Below, one piece after another: positions 9,611-20,304 of a stretch of DNA of 64,000 nt. Position 1 is the stretch's first letter, and each line of letters starts with the position of its first letter. The notes under the pieces were generated by a model, which was not told the DNA's origin, ran no database searches, and saw only the letters and a list, made by a program, of their open reading frames with translations. The stretch is from an uncultured Flavobacteriaceae bacterium (GTDB lineage Bacteria > Bacteroidota > Bacteroidia > NS11-12g > UBA955), in assembly GCA_964475595.1 (NCBI GenBank), contig CAYYXG010000003.1, forward strand, positions 42,420-106,419, read 5' to 3'. The translations under genes and the position numbers were made by a program.

Positions 9611-10944
9611 TCTTCATTATCACCCGAAAGCTGTTGGGTTTTTGGAACCCTGAACAACAGAAGTAAACCGATTACAAAAAAGGCAATTAGTGCCAGTATG
9701 GAACTTCTGATGTCTAGGTAGCCCTCAATGAGCCCAAAGGAAAATGTACCAATGGCAAGGCCAATTTTTTCTGCCAGATCAAAAAAGCTGAAGTAAGACG
9801 TATGGTCTTCAGTTTCTGGCAATAATTTAGAATAAGTAGAACGGGCTATAGACTGAATACCACCCATCACCAGGCCTACTATGGCTGCGGCAATGTAAAA
9901 CTGCCAGGGTTTATACACAAACTGGTAAACGTAAATACACAGTCCTATCCAAATAACAATGGATAGCATAAGGGTTTGGATATTCCCCACCTTTTTAGAG
10001 AGGCGCGACATGAGAAAGGCACCGGCAACACCCAGAAACTGAATAAGCAGAATGCTGGTGATTAAATCAGCCGGCTTAATACCGACAATTTCTTTACTGG
10101 CAAAGGAAACCGCCATCACCATGATGGTTTGTACCGCCATATTGAACATAAAATAGCTATACAAATAGCGTTTTAGTGCCAAATGTTGTGTGCGGATTTC
10201 TGCAAATACTTTGGTGATTTCCCTAAATCCGGCTGACAGCAATCCAGTATTTGTTTTATGCTCGGCAGGCTTTGTTTTCGGCAGATAATAAAACGAATAT
10301 AACGCAAAACCAATCCACCACAAACTTACCAATGGAAATGCCCAGGAAATAGGGGCCATTTTTTGGAAAACAAAAACCACCAATATGGCAATCAACAGGG
10401 AGGAACTGCCCAGATAACCCATGGTAAAACCGCGTGCGCTTACCTTGTCTTGTTGGTCGGGACTGGCAATTTCAGGTAGGTACGAATTGTAATACACCAG
10501 ACTGCCCCAAAAGCCGATACTGCCAAAGAAAAGGGGCAGAATGGTCCAGCCCAGTTCTACGGCCTGCCCGGCCACTCCAGGATTTTTTGTGGGAAAGAAG
10601 TATAGCAGTCCGCTGGAAACAGCGCCCAGAAAGCAAAAAAATTGCATAAACTGTTTGCGTTTGCCGCCTGCATCGGCAATTCCGGACAATAAAGGTGTAA
10701 GCAATGCCACCACAATGTATGAAACACAAACCAGATAGGCATAAAATTCTGTGTTTTTAAAGGCATGACCGAAAAAGGTAATCTGATCGAATATGGTTTT
10801 TCCATCAACCTTGTAGCTGGTAGCATTTTCGTATACTACCGGAAAGATCGCAGAGCTGATGATGAGCGGATATACAGAGTTGGCCCAGTCGTAAAGCGTC
10901 CAGGCAAAAAGGGTTTTCTTGTTGTTTTGGAGTAGTTCAGCCAT
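9607..10944 (-). CDS. MFS transporter, UMF1/Atg22-like family
   Basis: 445 aa, about 12 TM segments. N-terminal LFAWTLYDWANSVYP motif typical of the UMF1 family. Convergent 4-bp overlap with the adhesin gene. Confidence 0.8.
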   Translation of the reverse strand: MAELLQNNKKTLFAWTLYDWANSVYPLIISSAIFPVVYENATSYKVDGKTIFDQITFFGHAFKNTEFYAYLVCVSYIVVALLTPLLSGIADAGGKRKQFMQFFCFLGAVSSGLLYFFPTKNPGVAGQAVELGWTILPLFFGSIGFWGSLVYYNSYLPEIASPDQQDKVSARGFTMGYLGSSSLLIAILVVFVFQKMAPISWAFPLVSLWWIGFALYSFYYLPKTKPAEHKTNTGLLSAGFREITKVFAEIRTQHLALKRYLYSYFMFNMAVQTIMVMAVSFASKEIVGIKPADLITSILLIQFLGVAGAFLMSRLSKKVGNIQTLMLSIVIWIGLCIYVYQFVYKPWQFYIAAAIVGLVMGGIQSIARSTYSKLLPETEDHTSYFSFFDLAEKIGLAIGTFSFGLIEGYLDIRSSILALIAFFVIGLLLLFRVPKTQQLSGDNED

Positions 10945-10999
10945 TGTAAGGTCAATTTGACGGGCAATTTAACCAAAAATAGCTTTTCCTGTAAAAATC

Positions 11000-12244
11000 T
11001 TAGGCCGCCTTAAAAATCTTCTTATTCCGCTCCCACTTATCCTGAGCGTCTTGCAGGGTAATCTTTAATTTTTTATTATTTCCCTTTTTAACCGGGGCAT
11101 CGTACATGTAATCCAGGAGAATGGCTTCACAGATACCTCGCAGTCCGCGTGCTCCCAGTTGGTTATCGTGTGCCTGTTCCACAATAAAATCAATTACTTC
11201 TGTGTCTATCTGCAATGAAATATTTTCCATGGCAAACAACTTTTCATACTGTTTAATCAGTGCGTTTTTGGGTTCAGTAAGGATGCGCCTCAATGCTTCT
11301 TTGTCTAATGGTTCCAAAGAAGTGATAATTGGCAGGCGTCCTATAATTTCGGGAATCAGCCCAAATTTTTTAAGATCGGCGGGGGAAATGTGTCTTATTA
11401 CATCCTGCTTGGCAACCTCAGTCTGCTCTCCATTATTAAAACCAACGGCACGGCTTTGAATACGGCGAGAGATGATTTTCTCTATACCATCAAAAGCACC
11501 ACCGCATATAAACAGGATGTTGCGGGTGTCAATCTTCACATATTTCTGTTCAGGGTGTTTTCTGCCACCTTCGGGTGCCACATTGGCCACAGTGCCTTCC
11601 AAAATTTTCAATAAACCCTGTTGTACACCTTCTCCGCTTACATCTCTGGTTATAGAAGGATTATCGCCCTTTCTGCTGATTTTATCAATTTCATCCAGGT
11701 AGATGATGCCTTTTTCGGCGGCTGCCGCATCATAATTAGCCACCTGCAGCAGTCGTGAAAGGATACTCTCAACATCATCCCCCACATAACCGGCTTCGGT
11801 GAGCACGGTGGCATCTGCAATGCAAAAGGGAACATTCAGGTATTTGGCCAAACTACGGGCAAGTAGTGTTTTACCCGTACCGGTTTCTCCAACCATCAGT
11901 ATATTGCTTTTCTCCAGCTCTACTTCATTGGCTTCCTGAGGGTGCAAAACACGCTTATAGTGGTTGTAAACCGACACACTCAGCACTTTTTTGGCTTCAT
12001 CCTGCCCAATGACATACTGGTCGAGGTATTTTTTAATTTCATCCGGACGTGGTAAGGTAAAAGCTGCTGTATCAGCCGCATCTTTTTCGGTTTCTGCTTT
12101 TCCAAAACCGAGTTCCTGTTCCACAATCTTGTGCGCCTGGTCGGCACATTGTTCGCATATATGCGCCTCAAGACCTGAAATGAGCATCAGGGTTTCATCT
12201 TTCTTGCGTCCGCAGAAAGAACAGGAGGCGTTTTTCGCTTTCAT
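11000..12244 (-). CDS. clpX: ATP-dependent Clp protease ATP-binding subunit ClpX
   Basis: 414 aa. N-terminal zinc-binding CSFCGRKK...CEQC, Walker A GETGTGKT, strong ClpX-like sequence throughout. Sits downstream of clpP and tig in the classic order. Confidence 0.95.
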   Translation of the reverse strand: MKAKNASCSFCGRKKDETLMLISGLEAHICEQCADQAHKIVEQELGFGKAETEKDAADTAAFTLPRPDEIKKYLDQYVIGQDEAKKVLSVSVYNHYKRVLHPQEANEVELEKSNILMVGETGTGKTLLARSLAKYLNVPFCIADATVLTEAGYVGDDVESILSRLLQVANYDAAAAEKGIIYLDEIDKISRKGDNPSITRDVSGEGVQQGLLKILEGTVANVAPEGGRKHPEQKYVKIDTRNILFICGGAFDGIEKIISRRIQSRAVGFNNGEQTEVAKQDVIRHISPADLKKFGLIPEIIGRLPIITSLEPLDKEALRRILTEPKNALIKQYEKLFAMENISLQIDTEVIDFIVEQAHDNQLGARGLRGICEAILLDYMYDAPVKKGNNKKLKITLQDAQDKWERNKKIFKAA

Positions 12245-12281
12245 TGATGGATAAACAACTAGAAGATAAGTAATGTTTAAA

Positions 12282-12992
12282 TTACTTGCTGCGCTTCATC
12301 AGCACTTCGTCAATCATGCCATAATCTTTGGCTTCCTGCGCTGTCATCCAGTAATCACGGTCGCTGTCTTCCCATACTTTTTCATAGGTCTGACCGCTGT
12401 GAACAGCGATGATATCGTATAGTTCCTTTTTCAGCTTGCTGATTTCCTTGTAGGTGATTTCAATATCAGATGCCTGACCCTGTGCACCGCCCAGTGGCTG
12501 GTGAATCATGATGCGTGAGTGGGGAAGGGCTGTGCGTTTTCCTTTTTCACCGGCACACATTAACACAGCGCCCATACTGGCAGCCATACCGGTACAAATA
12601 GTGGCCACATCCGAGCTGATAAACTGCATGGTGTCGTAAATAGCAAGGCCGGCATATACGCTGCCTCCTGGACTATTGATGTAAATCTGAATATCGCGGT
12701 TAGGATTGCTGCTTTCCAAAAACAACAACTGACCGATGATGATATTGGCTACGTCATCATAAATGGGTACACCCAAAAATATGATACGATCCATCATCAG
12801 GCGTGAGAAGATGTCCATGGCCACGGCGTTCATCTGTCTTTCCTCAATGATGTTAGGCGTAAGGCCAGTGATAGGAGGAACCATGCCCGCTTGCGGGTTT
12901 CCGGCCGTCATTTCCATGTATTTATCTATATAAAGACTATTTAAACCGAGGTGCTTTACAGCGTATTTGCGAAATTCTTTTCCGTGATCCAT
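12282..12992 (-). CDS. clpP: ATP-dependent Clp protease proteolytic subunit ClpP
   Basis: 236 aa. Active-site context GMAASMGAVLMCAG and HQPLGGAQGQASDIEI typical of ClpP. Confidence 0.95.
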   Translation of the reverse strand: MDHGKEFRKYAVKHLGLNSLYIDKYMEMTAGNPQAGMVPPITGLTPNIIEERQMNAVAMDIFSRLMMDRIIFLGVPIYDDVANIIIGQLLFLESSNPNRDIQIYINSPGGSVYAGLAIYDTMQFISSDVATICTGMAASMGAVLMCAGEKGKRTALPHSRIMIHQPLGGAQGQASDIEITYKEISKLKKELYDIIAVHSGQTYEKVWEDSDRDYWMTAQEAKDYGMIDEVLMKRSK

Positions 12993-13036
12993 GTGTTAAT
13001 TAATTGTATTCGAATTTAATGCTAAAAACTGAATTC

Positions 13037-14422
13037 TTATTCTCCGTGCTCGTGTTTGTGTTCGTTCACATGCTTAAAGTAATCCTCTACGTTAACCTTT
13101 TTCTCTTTCAGGGTTACCGTTTCTTTTACCTTGTCATAGGCCATACGATACATTACACGGTCTGCCATCTGGGTTACAAATTCCCTTTCAGCCATGCGTT
13201 TTTTAATGGTTTCATCCAAAAATCCGTCTTCAGGATTGATATTCATGCCATACTGGCGATACATGCCTACATAGTAAGTTCTTGCTTCCTGCACAATGGC
13301 TTCCTGAGAAGGTTGCAGTTCATATTGCTCCGCAATTTTATCAATCACCAGGCGACGCCCCAACGCTGATTTCTCCTCTGCGTATTTTTCTTCAATGTTT
13401 TCAGCGGTGTAATGTTCGGCTTTGGTAGCCAGCAACCAGCGTTTGAGGAAGGCATCCGGTAATTGAATACTGTGCTTTTCCATTAGCAGGTGCCCGATTT
13501 GATGATCTATCCAAAGATCGGCCTCATTGCGGTAGTAGTTTTCCAGGTTTGCCTTGATACGCTCACGGTATTCTGCTTCATCTTTTGGGTAATCCATCGG
13601 GCCAAACACTTCCTTGAAGTATTCTTCATTCAGTTCTGCAACGGTGCGTCGCTTGATGTCTGTGATTACCAGTTTGAAATTTGTATTAAGATCTTTAACT
13701 CCTTCGCGTGCAATGCCCAGACTACTGGAAATTACGCCCTCATTGCTATTGAACAGCTTTTGGATATCAACTACCATTTCTGCTCCACGGGAACTTCCTA
13801 ATAGCGCTTTCTGGGTTTTTTTATCTTCGACCAGACTGGCGACCATGCTAACTGATTTGTCCGCAATCCCACCTTCAAGGGGTTCACCGTTTTCATTAAG
13901 CTCTGTTAGGTTTGCATAAATGATGTCTTCAGCTTCAGCTTTGTCTACGTCTTCCAGTTTTCCGTAGCGCTTGCGGGCGTATTCAATGTCTTCATCTATT
14001 TCCTTATCACCTACGGAAATAATAAAATGTTCCAGTTTGTCTTTGTCGGAGAAATTCAATTCAAAAGCGGGGGCAAGTCCAAGATCAAAAGCGAAGGCGA
14101 ATGAATCTTTATTCTCAATATCAATATCGCTGGGTGTATTTTCTGATGAGATCGGATACCCTAAAATATCCAGTTTATTATCCTGTATATATTGATTAAG
14201 CGCGTCTGAAGCGGCTTGTTGGATTTCTTCCGCAATCACGCTTTTGCCGTAAAGTCGTTTTACCATGTCAAGGGGGGCTTTGCCGGGTCTGAATCCTTTC
14301 ATGGTGGCATTTTTCTGAATGCGGCGGAGTTCTTTGTCTACTTTTTCGCTGTAATCTGACTTTTCGAGGTTGATGACTACCGTTGCGTTCAGGTCGTCAA
14401 TTTTATCAAAGGTTATGTTCAC
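13037..14422 (-). CDS. tig: Trigger factor (ribosome-associated chaperone / PPIase)
   Basis: 461 aa. N-terminal ribosome-binding motif GFRPGKAP, central FKBP-like region. Conserved tig-clpP-clpX arrangement. Confidence 0.9.
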   Translation of the reverse strand: MNITFDKIDDLNATVVINLEKSDYSEKVDKELRRIQKNATMKGFRPGKAPLDMVKRLYGKSVIAEEIQQAASDALNQYIQDNKLDILGYPISSENTPSDIDIENKDSFAFAFDLGLAPAFELNFSDKDKLEHFIISVGDKEIDEDIEYARKRYGKLEDVDKAEAEDIIYANLTELNENGEPLEGGIADKSVSMVASLVEDKKTQKALLGSSRGAEMVVDIQKLFNSNEGVISSSLGIAREGVKDLNTNFKLVITDIKRRTVAELNEEYFKEVFGPMDYPKDEAEYRERIKANLENYYRNEADLWIDHQIGHLLMEKHSIQLPDAFLKRWLLATKAEHYTAENIEEKYAEEKSALGRRLVIDKIAEQYELQPSQEAIVQEARTYYVGMYRQYGMNINPEDGFLDETIKKRMAEREFVTQMADRVMYRMAYDKVKETVTLKEKKVNVEDYFKHVNEHKHEHGE

Positions 14423-14491
14423 GTTTTTATTTTAGCAATTAGAATACCTAAAAAAATACATGACGGATTGTCATGTATCAGGTTTTTTTAG

Positions 14492-14573
14492 TGCACGCGG
14501 AGGGACTCGAACCCCCACGCCTTGCGGCGCCAGATCCTAAGTCTGGTGCGGCTACCAATTACGCCACGCGTGC
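14492..14573 (-). tRNA. tRNA-Leu (anticodon UAG)
   Basis: Reverse complement reads GCACGCGTGGCGTAATTGGTAGCCGCACCAGACTTAGGATCTGGCGCCGCAAGGCGTGGGGGTTCGAGTCCCTCCGCGTGCA. 7-bp acceptor stem GCACGCG/CGCGTGC, anticodon loop CTTAGGA (UAG), long variable arm typical of tRNA-Leu, T-loop GTTCGAGTC. CCA is not encoded. Confidence 0.85.
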
Positions 14574-14669
14574 GGAGACCATTCTTAAAAGATATTTTCT
14601 TTCTTAAACGGGGCTGCAAAGGTACGGAAACATACCCTTATTTGCAATAAATTCAGTATAATTTCGAAC

Positions 14670-16943
14670 TTAGATAACTGTTACGCTGTACTGATAGGTC
14701 TTTTTGTTTTTCAACGTGATTTTAACCTGCCAGCGTGTGCCGGGTTTCCTGTCACCAAGGTCTGAAGCAGGTCTGAATGACAATATCGGGTGATTGAGTT
14801 GTCCGGCGGGCTGATAATATGTAATGGTGGGCACCTCCGTATTGTTTTCGTCAAACACTTTCACCTCAGCGCCTTGCAATGGAGCATCCATGCTAAAGGT
14901 CCATTTATCCATAAAAAGCATTTTGGGGCAATACCTGTTGGGCCATGCCACAAAATGGGTTTTATACCAGGCAGAATCAGTGGTTGGAGCCAGGTCCAGT
15001 AACCAGAATACAGAATTATTTTCGGCACTGCCAAAACCGGCATACTGACTGCCCGGGTTAAGAATACTTCTGCGATTGATCAACTCATCGCTTTTGCGGT
15101 CATCCATGAAAATGGTTACACACTGCGCAGGATTGGGTTCCAGAATGGCTTGTGCTCTTGCCGCTGCTTCTGCTGCATTTTTGGTATAACATTGATGGGT
15201 TTCAGGTTTGGGTTCTCTGCTGAATATTCCCAGTGGAGCATACATAACAGCCGCCTCCTGACATTTCTTCACCTTATCCATGCTCAATGCCATGGGTTGT
15301 TTTACCCCGGCATTTTGCCTGAAATAATTGATGCGGTCAATCACCTTGTACAGGGTGCTGTCCGGCAGAGAGCCAGCTTTGCAAAGATTGCTGTTACCAT
15401 CCCAGCCGGTAGCAGCACGTTTTACCCCGTTTTTGGTCTGATAAACAATGCGGGTTTTTGAATAACGTACCAGAAAATCCTTTTCAGCAACACGCTTATA
15501 GAGCTTTTCAAAATCTTCTGCATTGGGATTAAGGGCCTCGAGGCGGTTGAGATAACGCCATGCTGCATACATGTTGTCATCACCAACTGCTGAATCTGTG
15601 CACTGAAACAGTAGTTTTACGCGGGTAACAGGCAACAATTTGTCTTTGGGAAAATCGGTGACCAGTGCTTCACACATTTCAAGTTGAAGGTAGGTTTCTG
15701 CCGCTTTCACCGACTTGGTGGACCAGGAATTGAAGAAATTCAGCCGATATTGAGATATGTTTTTATTTTTGGGGTAATCCTCTCTGGCATCGGCAAAAAG
15801 AACAGAAATGAGTTTACGACTAATAGTGCTTGGTGGAGATTTTAGCAGACTTTCCATAATTGGTTCGTCCACGGCAGGAATCCCTTTTTGTGCAGCATAC
15901 CATTTTTTAAAATGAAATGCAATGCTTCCGGCCTGGTTTCTGCGAAGGAAATAATCCAAACATTGGTACAAAAATGCGGTGCTATCTTTGATTAAAAATG
16001 CATCAGCGGGGTTTACAATGCCTTTTACTACCGCCTCTTTTTTCATTCGGTAAAACTGCGTTAAGGTGGATGAAGCTTCATCCCAGGGTTTGCTGCGGGT
16101 AAGGGTGCCAAGCTTAGTCAGGTAATAATTATTTTGTGCCAACAAATAACTGGTATCTGCAGGAAAGTAATTAAGGGCCCGGTTGATTATTTCCAGGTAT
16201 TCGCTGTTGTAGCCCTGCTTGGCTGCAGCGGTGAGGTCTTTATTGATAAGATTTTTGATGTTGTTTTTTAAAATGATATTGGAGGGATAAACCTGCAAGC
16301 CCATTTCGGTGTAACTGAGGGCACTGTCATAAAAATTCCTGCCCATGTAATAAGTGCTCAGTACTTCAAACGGTTCGCGCATGAAGGTGCCCGGACAAGT
16401 TTGTGCAGACCACGCACCAAAATTCCAGCCAGCGACGGTTTTCAAAATCTTTAGTCCCTCTCGTTCCTGCCGATCTTTCGTGTAGCTAAGTCCGAGCATG
16501 CCATAGGCGATGGTGTCTCCGGTTAGCAGATAGCTGTTTCGGTATAGCTGAATGGCTTTGGCATAACTATTTTGTGCGAAGGCAGCCATGGCTTCTTTGT
16601 TGTTTTGAACAGTAATACCCTTCATCCACTTAGCGTATGGCTCATAATATTTACCATTAACGTCTTTGGTGCGGGCTTTAACCGCACTTTTGGTGCATTC
16701 TTTAAAGTAATTGACTTTTCCCCCACGGTACTTATCCATCTGGCTCATTTCAAATTCCGCGGAAGCTTTGATATACCAAAATTCCAGGGCTGTTTTGTCT
16801 TCTTCAACCACAGATTCAGCAATGGATTGAGCCCGGGCCCACTGCTTGCTTTGTATGGCATTACGGGCCTTTAATAGGTCTTTGTCCTGGGCTTTCAATG
16901 CTAATATTGAAAGTGTGAAAATGAGGAGGAATAAATACTTCAT
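14670..16943 (-). CDS. Large secreted hypothetical protein (TPR-like alpha-helical N-region; possible CAP/SCP-like C-terminal region)
   Basis: The longest ORF runs to 16985, but the likely start is MKYLFLLIFTLSILALKAQ (signal peptide) at 16943. About 757 aa. The C-terminal segment (INYFRQNAG...KCQEAAVMYA...HQCY) loosely resembles a CAP-domain core, but I am not confident of that. Confidence 0.6.
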   Translation of the reverse strand: MKYLFLLIFTLSILALKAQDKDLLKARNAIQSKQWARAQSIAESVVEEDKTALEFWYIKASAEFEMSQMDKYRGGKVNYFKECTKSAVKARTKDVNGKYYEPYAKWMKGITVQNNKEAMAAFAQNSYAKAIQLYRNSYLLTGDTIAYGMLGLSYTKDRQEREGLKILKTVAGWNFGAWSAQTCPGTFMREPFEVLSTYYMGRNFYDSALSYTEMGLQVYPSNIILKNNIKNLINKDLTAAAKQGYNSEYLEIINRALNYFPADTSYLLAQNNYYLTKLGTLTRSKPWDEASSTLTQFYRMKKEAVVKGIVNPADAFLIKDSTAFLYQCLDYFLRRNQAGSIAFHFKKWYAAQKGIPAVDEPIMESLLKSPPSTISRKLISVLFADAREDYPKNKNISQYRLNFFNSWSTKSVKAAETYLQLEMCEALVTDFPKDKLLPVTRVKLLFQCTDSAVGDDNMYAAWRYLNRLEALNPNAEDFEKLYKRVAEKDFLVRYSKTRIVYQTKNGVKRAATGWDGNSNLCKAGSLPDSTLYKVIDRINYFRQNAGVKQPMALSMDKVKKCQEAAVMYAPLGIFSREPKPETHQCYTKNAAEAAARAQAILEPNPAQCVTIFMDDRKSDELINRRSILNPGSQYAGFGSAENNSVFWLLDLAPTTDSAWYKTHFVAWPNRYCPKMLFMDKWTFSMDAPLQGAEVKVFDENNTEVPTITYYQPAGQLNHPILSFRPASDLGDRKPGTRWQVKITLKNKKTYQYSVTVI

Positions 16944-17087
16944 GCTATGCAAATTTTCAATATTTATTTGAAAACGCAACATCATGTGGAAATATTGGGT
17001 AAAATACCCTGGATGGTAACCCTTTAATAAAGATTCAATAATATTAGGAAAAGCCGCACATTTGCCTTAATTTTGCACTGCAAATAA

Positions 17088-18569
<1,482 letters not shown>

Positions 18570-18592
18570 TTCATTTTGCGTTTCATTTTTTT

Positions 18593-19180
18593 ATGAACCT
18601 ACAAGACTTTTTAAACAGGTTTGATGTGCCTGGTTCTGTGGTTTTGTTGGAAGGAAAAAGAGAGGTTCATAATGCTGACATTGAAAAACTTATCGAGCTA
18701 GGACGGCTGTTGGCATCAAAATCAAACAATATGATTTTCAGAAGCGGAAATGCGCCTGGTGCGGACCAGTATTTTTCTGAAGGCGTAGCCTCGGTGGATT
18801 CATATCGCCTTCAGGTAATAACGCCCTATGAAGGCCATCGAAAAAAACACAATGTTGCCGGGTATACCATGGCGCTGGATCAACTGAGTTTAGTGGCAGA
18901 ATCAGCATTGGTTTATGCGGCCAAACATAATTCCTCCACTGCCAAACTGGTCGATGATTTTGTAGCAGGAGCAAAGAATAAAAACACCATCAAGGCAGCA
19001 TATATTCTGCGGGATACAGCCAAAGTGCTTGGATGCGGGGACTGGGGCCCGGCAAATGCGGGTCTGTTTTATGATGATTTACGGAATTCGCTTCAGGGTG
19101 GGACCGGGCATACCATTCAATTGTGCAAGAAATTTCAAATTCCGGTTTTTGACCAAAGTTGCTGGTTTGATTGGCTGTGA
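18593..19180 (+). CDS. SLOG-superfamily (DprA/Smf-like Rossmann fold) standalone nucleotide-binding domain protein
   Basis: 195 aa. MIFRSGNAPGADQYFSEG resembles the DprA/SLOG S-G-x-A-x-G-x-D motif. A C-terminal GGTGHTIQL block resembles the second DprA/LOG glycine-rich motif. Gap of only 23 bp after guaB. Confidence 0.5.
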   Translation: MNLQDFLNRFDVPGSVVLLEGKREVHNADIEKLIELGRLLASKSNNMIFRSGNAPGADQYFSEGVASVDSYRLQVITPYEGHRKKHNVAGYTMALDQLSLVAESALVYAAKHNSSTAKLVDDFVAGAKNKNTIKAAYILRDTAKVLGCGDWGPANAGLFYDDLRNSLQGGTGHTIQLCKKFQIPVFDQSCWFDWL

Positions 19181-19206
19181 TTCAAATTGATGAATTTAAC
19201 ATATAG

Positions 19207-20304
19207 TTGATAACAATAAGTTTAAAACAAGTTAATCTTAAAGCATCTTGCAGTATGGTTAATTTTGCAAAAAACATGTCTTTCCCTTCAGTATCTTTTT
19301 TTACTGCTTTTTTACTCTTTGGAACCTTTTCTTGTAGCGGACAAAGGTCTGCCACACCGGATTCAGCCAAGCTTTTAAAAGTAGGTTTCTGGAATATGGA
19401 AAACCTTTTTGACACCAGAAATGATGCCTGGAACGATGATGATTTCACCCCTGAGGGGCAGTATTTATGGGATGAGAATCGATATCAGCAGAAGTTGAAA
19501 AACATGGCCAGGGTATTGGATTCTATACAGGCCGATATCTTTGGTATGTGTGAGGTTGAAAATAAAAGGGTTCTGTTGGATTTAAGGGCAACCCTGGTCT
19601 CAACAACAGGTAAAAAGTATGAAATTGTGCATTTTGATTCTCCCGATGAGCGCGGTATAGATGCTGCCATTTACTACCATAAAGAAAAGTTGAATCTGAT
19701 TACGGCCTCAACGGTTCCGGTGGTGTTGCCCAACAATCAAAAAACGCGTGACATTCTACATGCAGTTTTTTACCATACTGCCAGCGGTGATACCCTACAT
19801 TATTTTGTCAATCACTGGCCTTCCAGAAGAGGAGGGATGGAGGGGAGTGCCGGCAAGAGAGCACTGGCTGCAGAAGCACTGCGGCGTGAATTACAATCTC
19901 AAAATCTTTGGAATAAAGCATTTATCATTGTTGGTGATTTTAATGATAATCCTTGGGATAGCAGCATAAGCAAAGTATTGGGTGCCTGCAAACCAGCCGT
20001 CAAATCCGATTGTAAGATCCATAACCTTTCCGGATTTCATGACGTTACGCAAACCGGAACGCTCAAATACAACAATAAGTGGGATATTTTTGATCAGATT
20101 ATGATTGGCAGTGCCCTTTGGAATAAAGCTGGTGCAACGTTGAAATTTAAACCCTACAGCAATCAAATTTTCGCACCTGAGTGGATACTACAGCACGGAG
20201 GAAAATATGAGGGCCATCCACTTAGAACGTTTGGGGGCAAGACCTGGCTAAACGGCTACAGCGATCATTTGCCGGTAACGGCTGCATTTATTTATGACAA
20301 ATAG
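19207..20304 (+). CDS. Endonuclease/exonuclease/phosphatase (EEP) family protein, probable secreted lipoprotein
   Basis: EEP motifs FWNMENLFD, DIFGMCEVEN, GDFNDNPWD and the C-terminal SDHLPV. An internal start at MSFPSVSFFTAFLLFGTFSCSG (about 19276) gives a lipoprotein-type signal peptide. The gene overlaps the ppk start by 11 bp. Confidence 0.8.
   Translation: MITISLKQVNLKASCSMVNFAKNMSFPSVSFFTAFLLFGTFSCSGQRSATPDSAKLLKVGFWNMENLFDTRNDAWNDDDFTPEGQYLWDENRYQQKLKNMARVLDSIQADIFGMCEVENKRVLLDLRATLVSTTGKKYEIVHFDSPDERGIDAAIYYHKEKLNLITASTVPVVLPNNQKTRDILHAVFYHTASGDTLHYFVNHWPSRRGGMEGSAGKRALAAEALRRELQSQNLWNKAFIIVGDFNDNPWDSSISKVLGACKPAVKSDCKIHNLSGFHDVTQTGTLKYNNKWDIFDQIMIGSALWNKAGATLKFKPYSNQIFAPEWILQHGGKYEGHPLRTFGGKTWLNGYSDHLPVTAAFIYDK

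Noticed and set aside
10434-10826. Cluster of overlapping short ORFs on both strands inside the MFS transporter gene
   Set aside because: They are overlapping alternative frames of a well-supported 12-TM transporter CDS.
13004-14195. Plus-strand ORFs antisense to tig
   Set aside because: The trigger factor assignment is unambiguous. The antisense ORFs have low-complexity Ser/Leu-rich translations.
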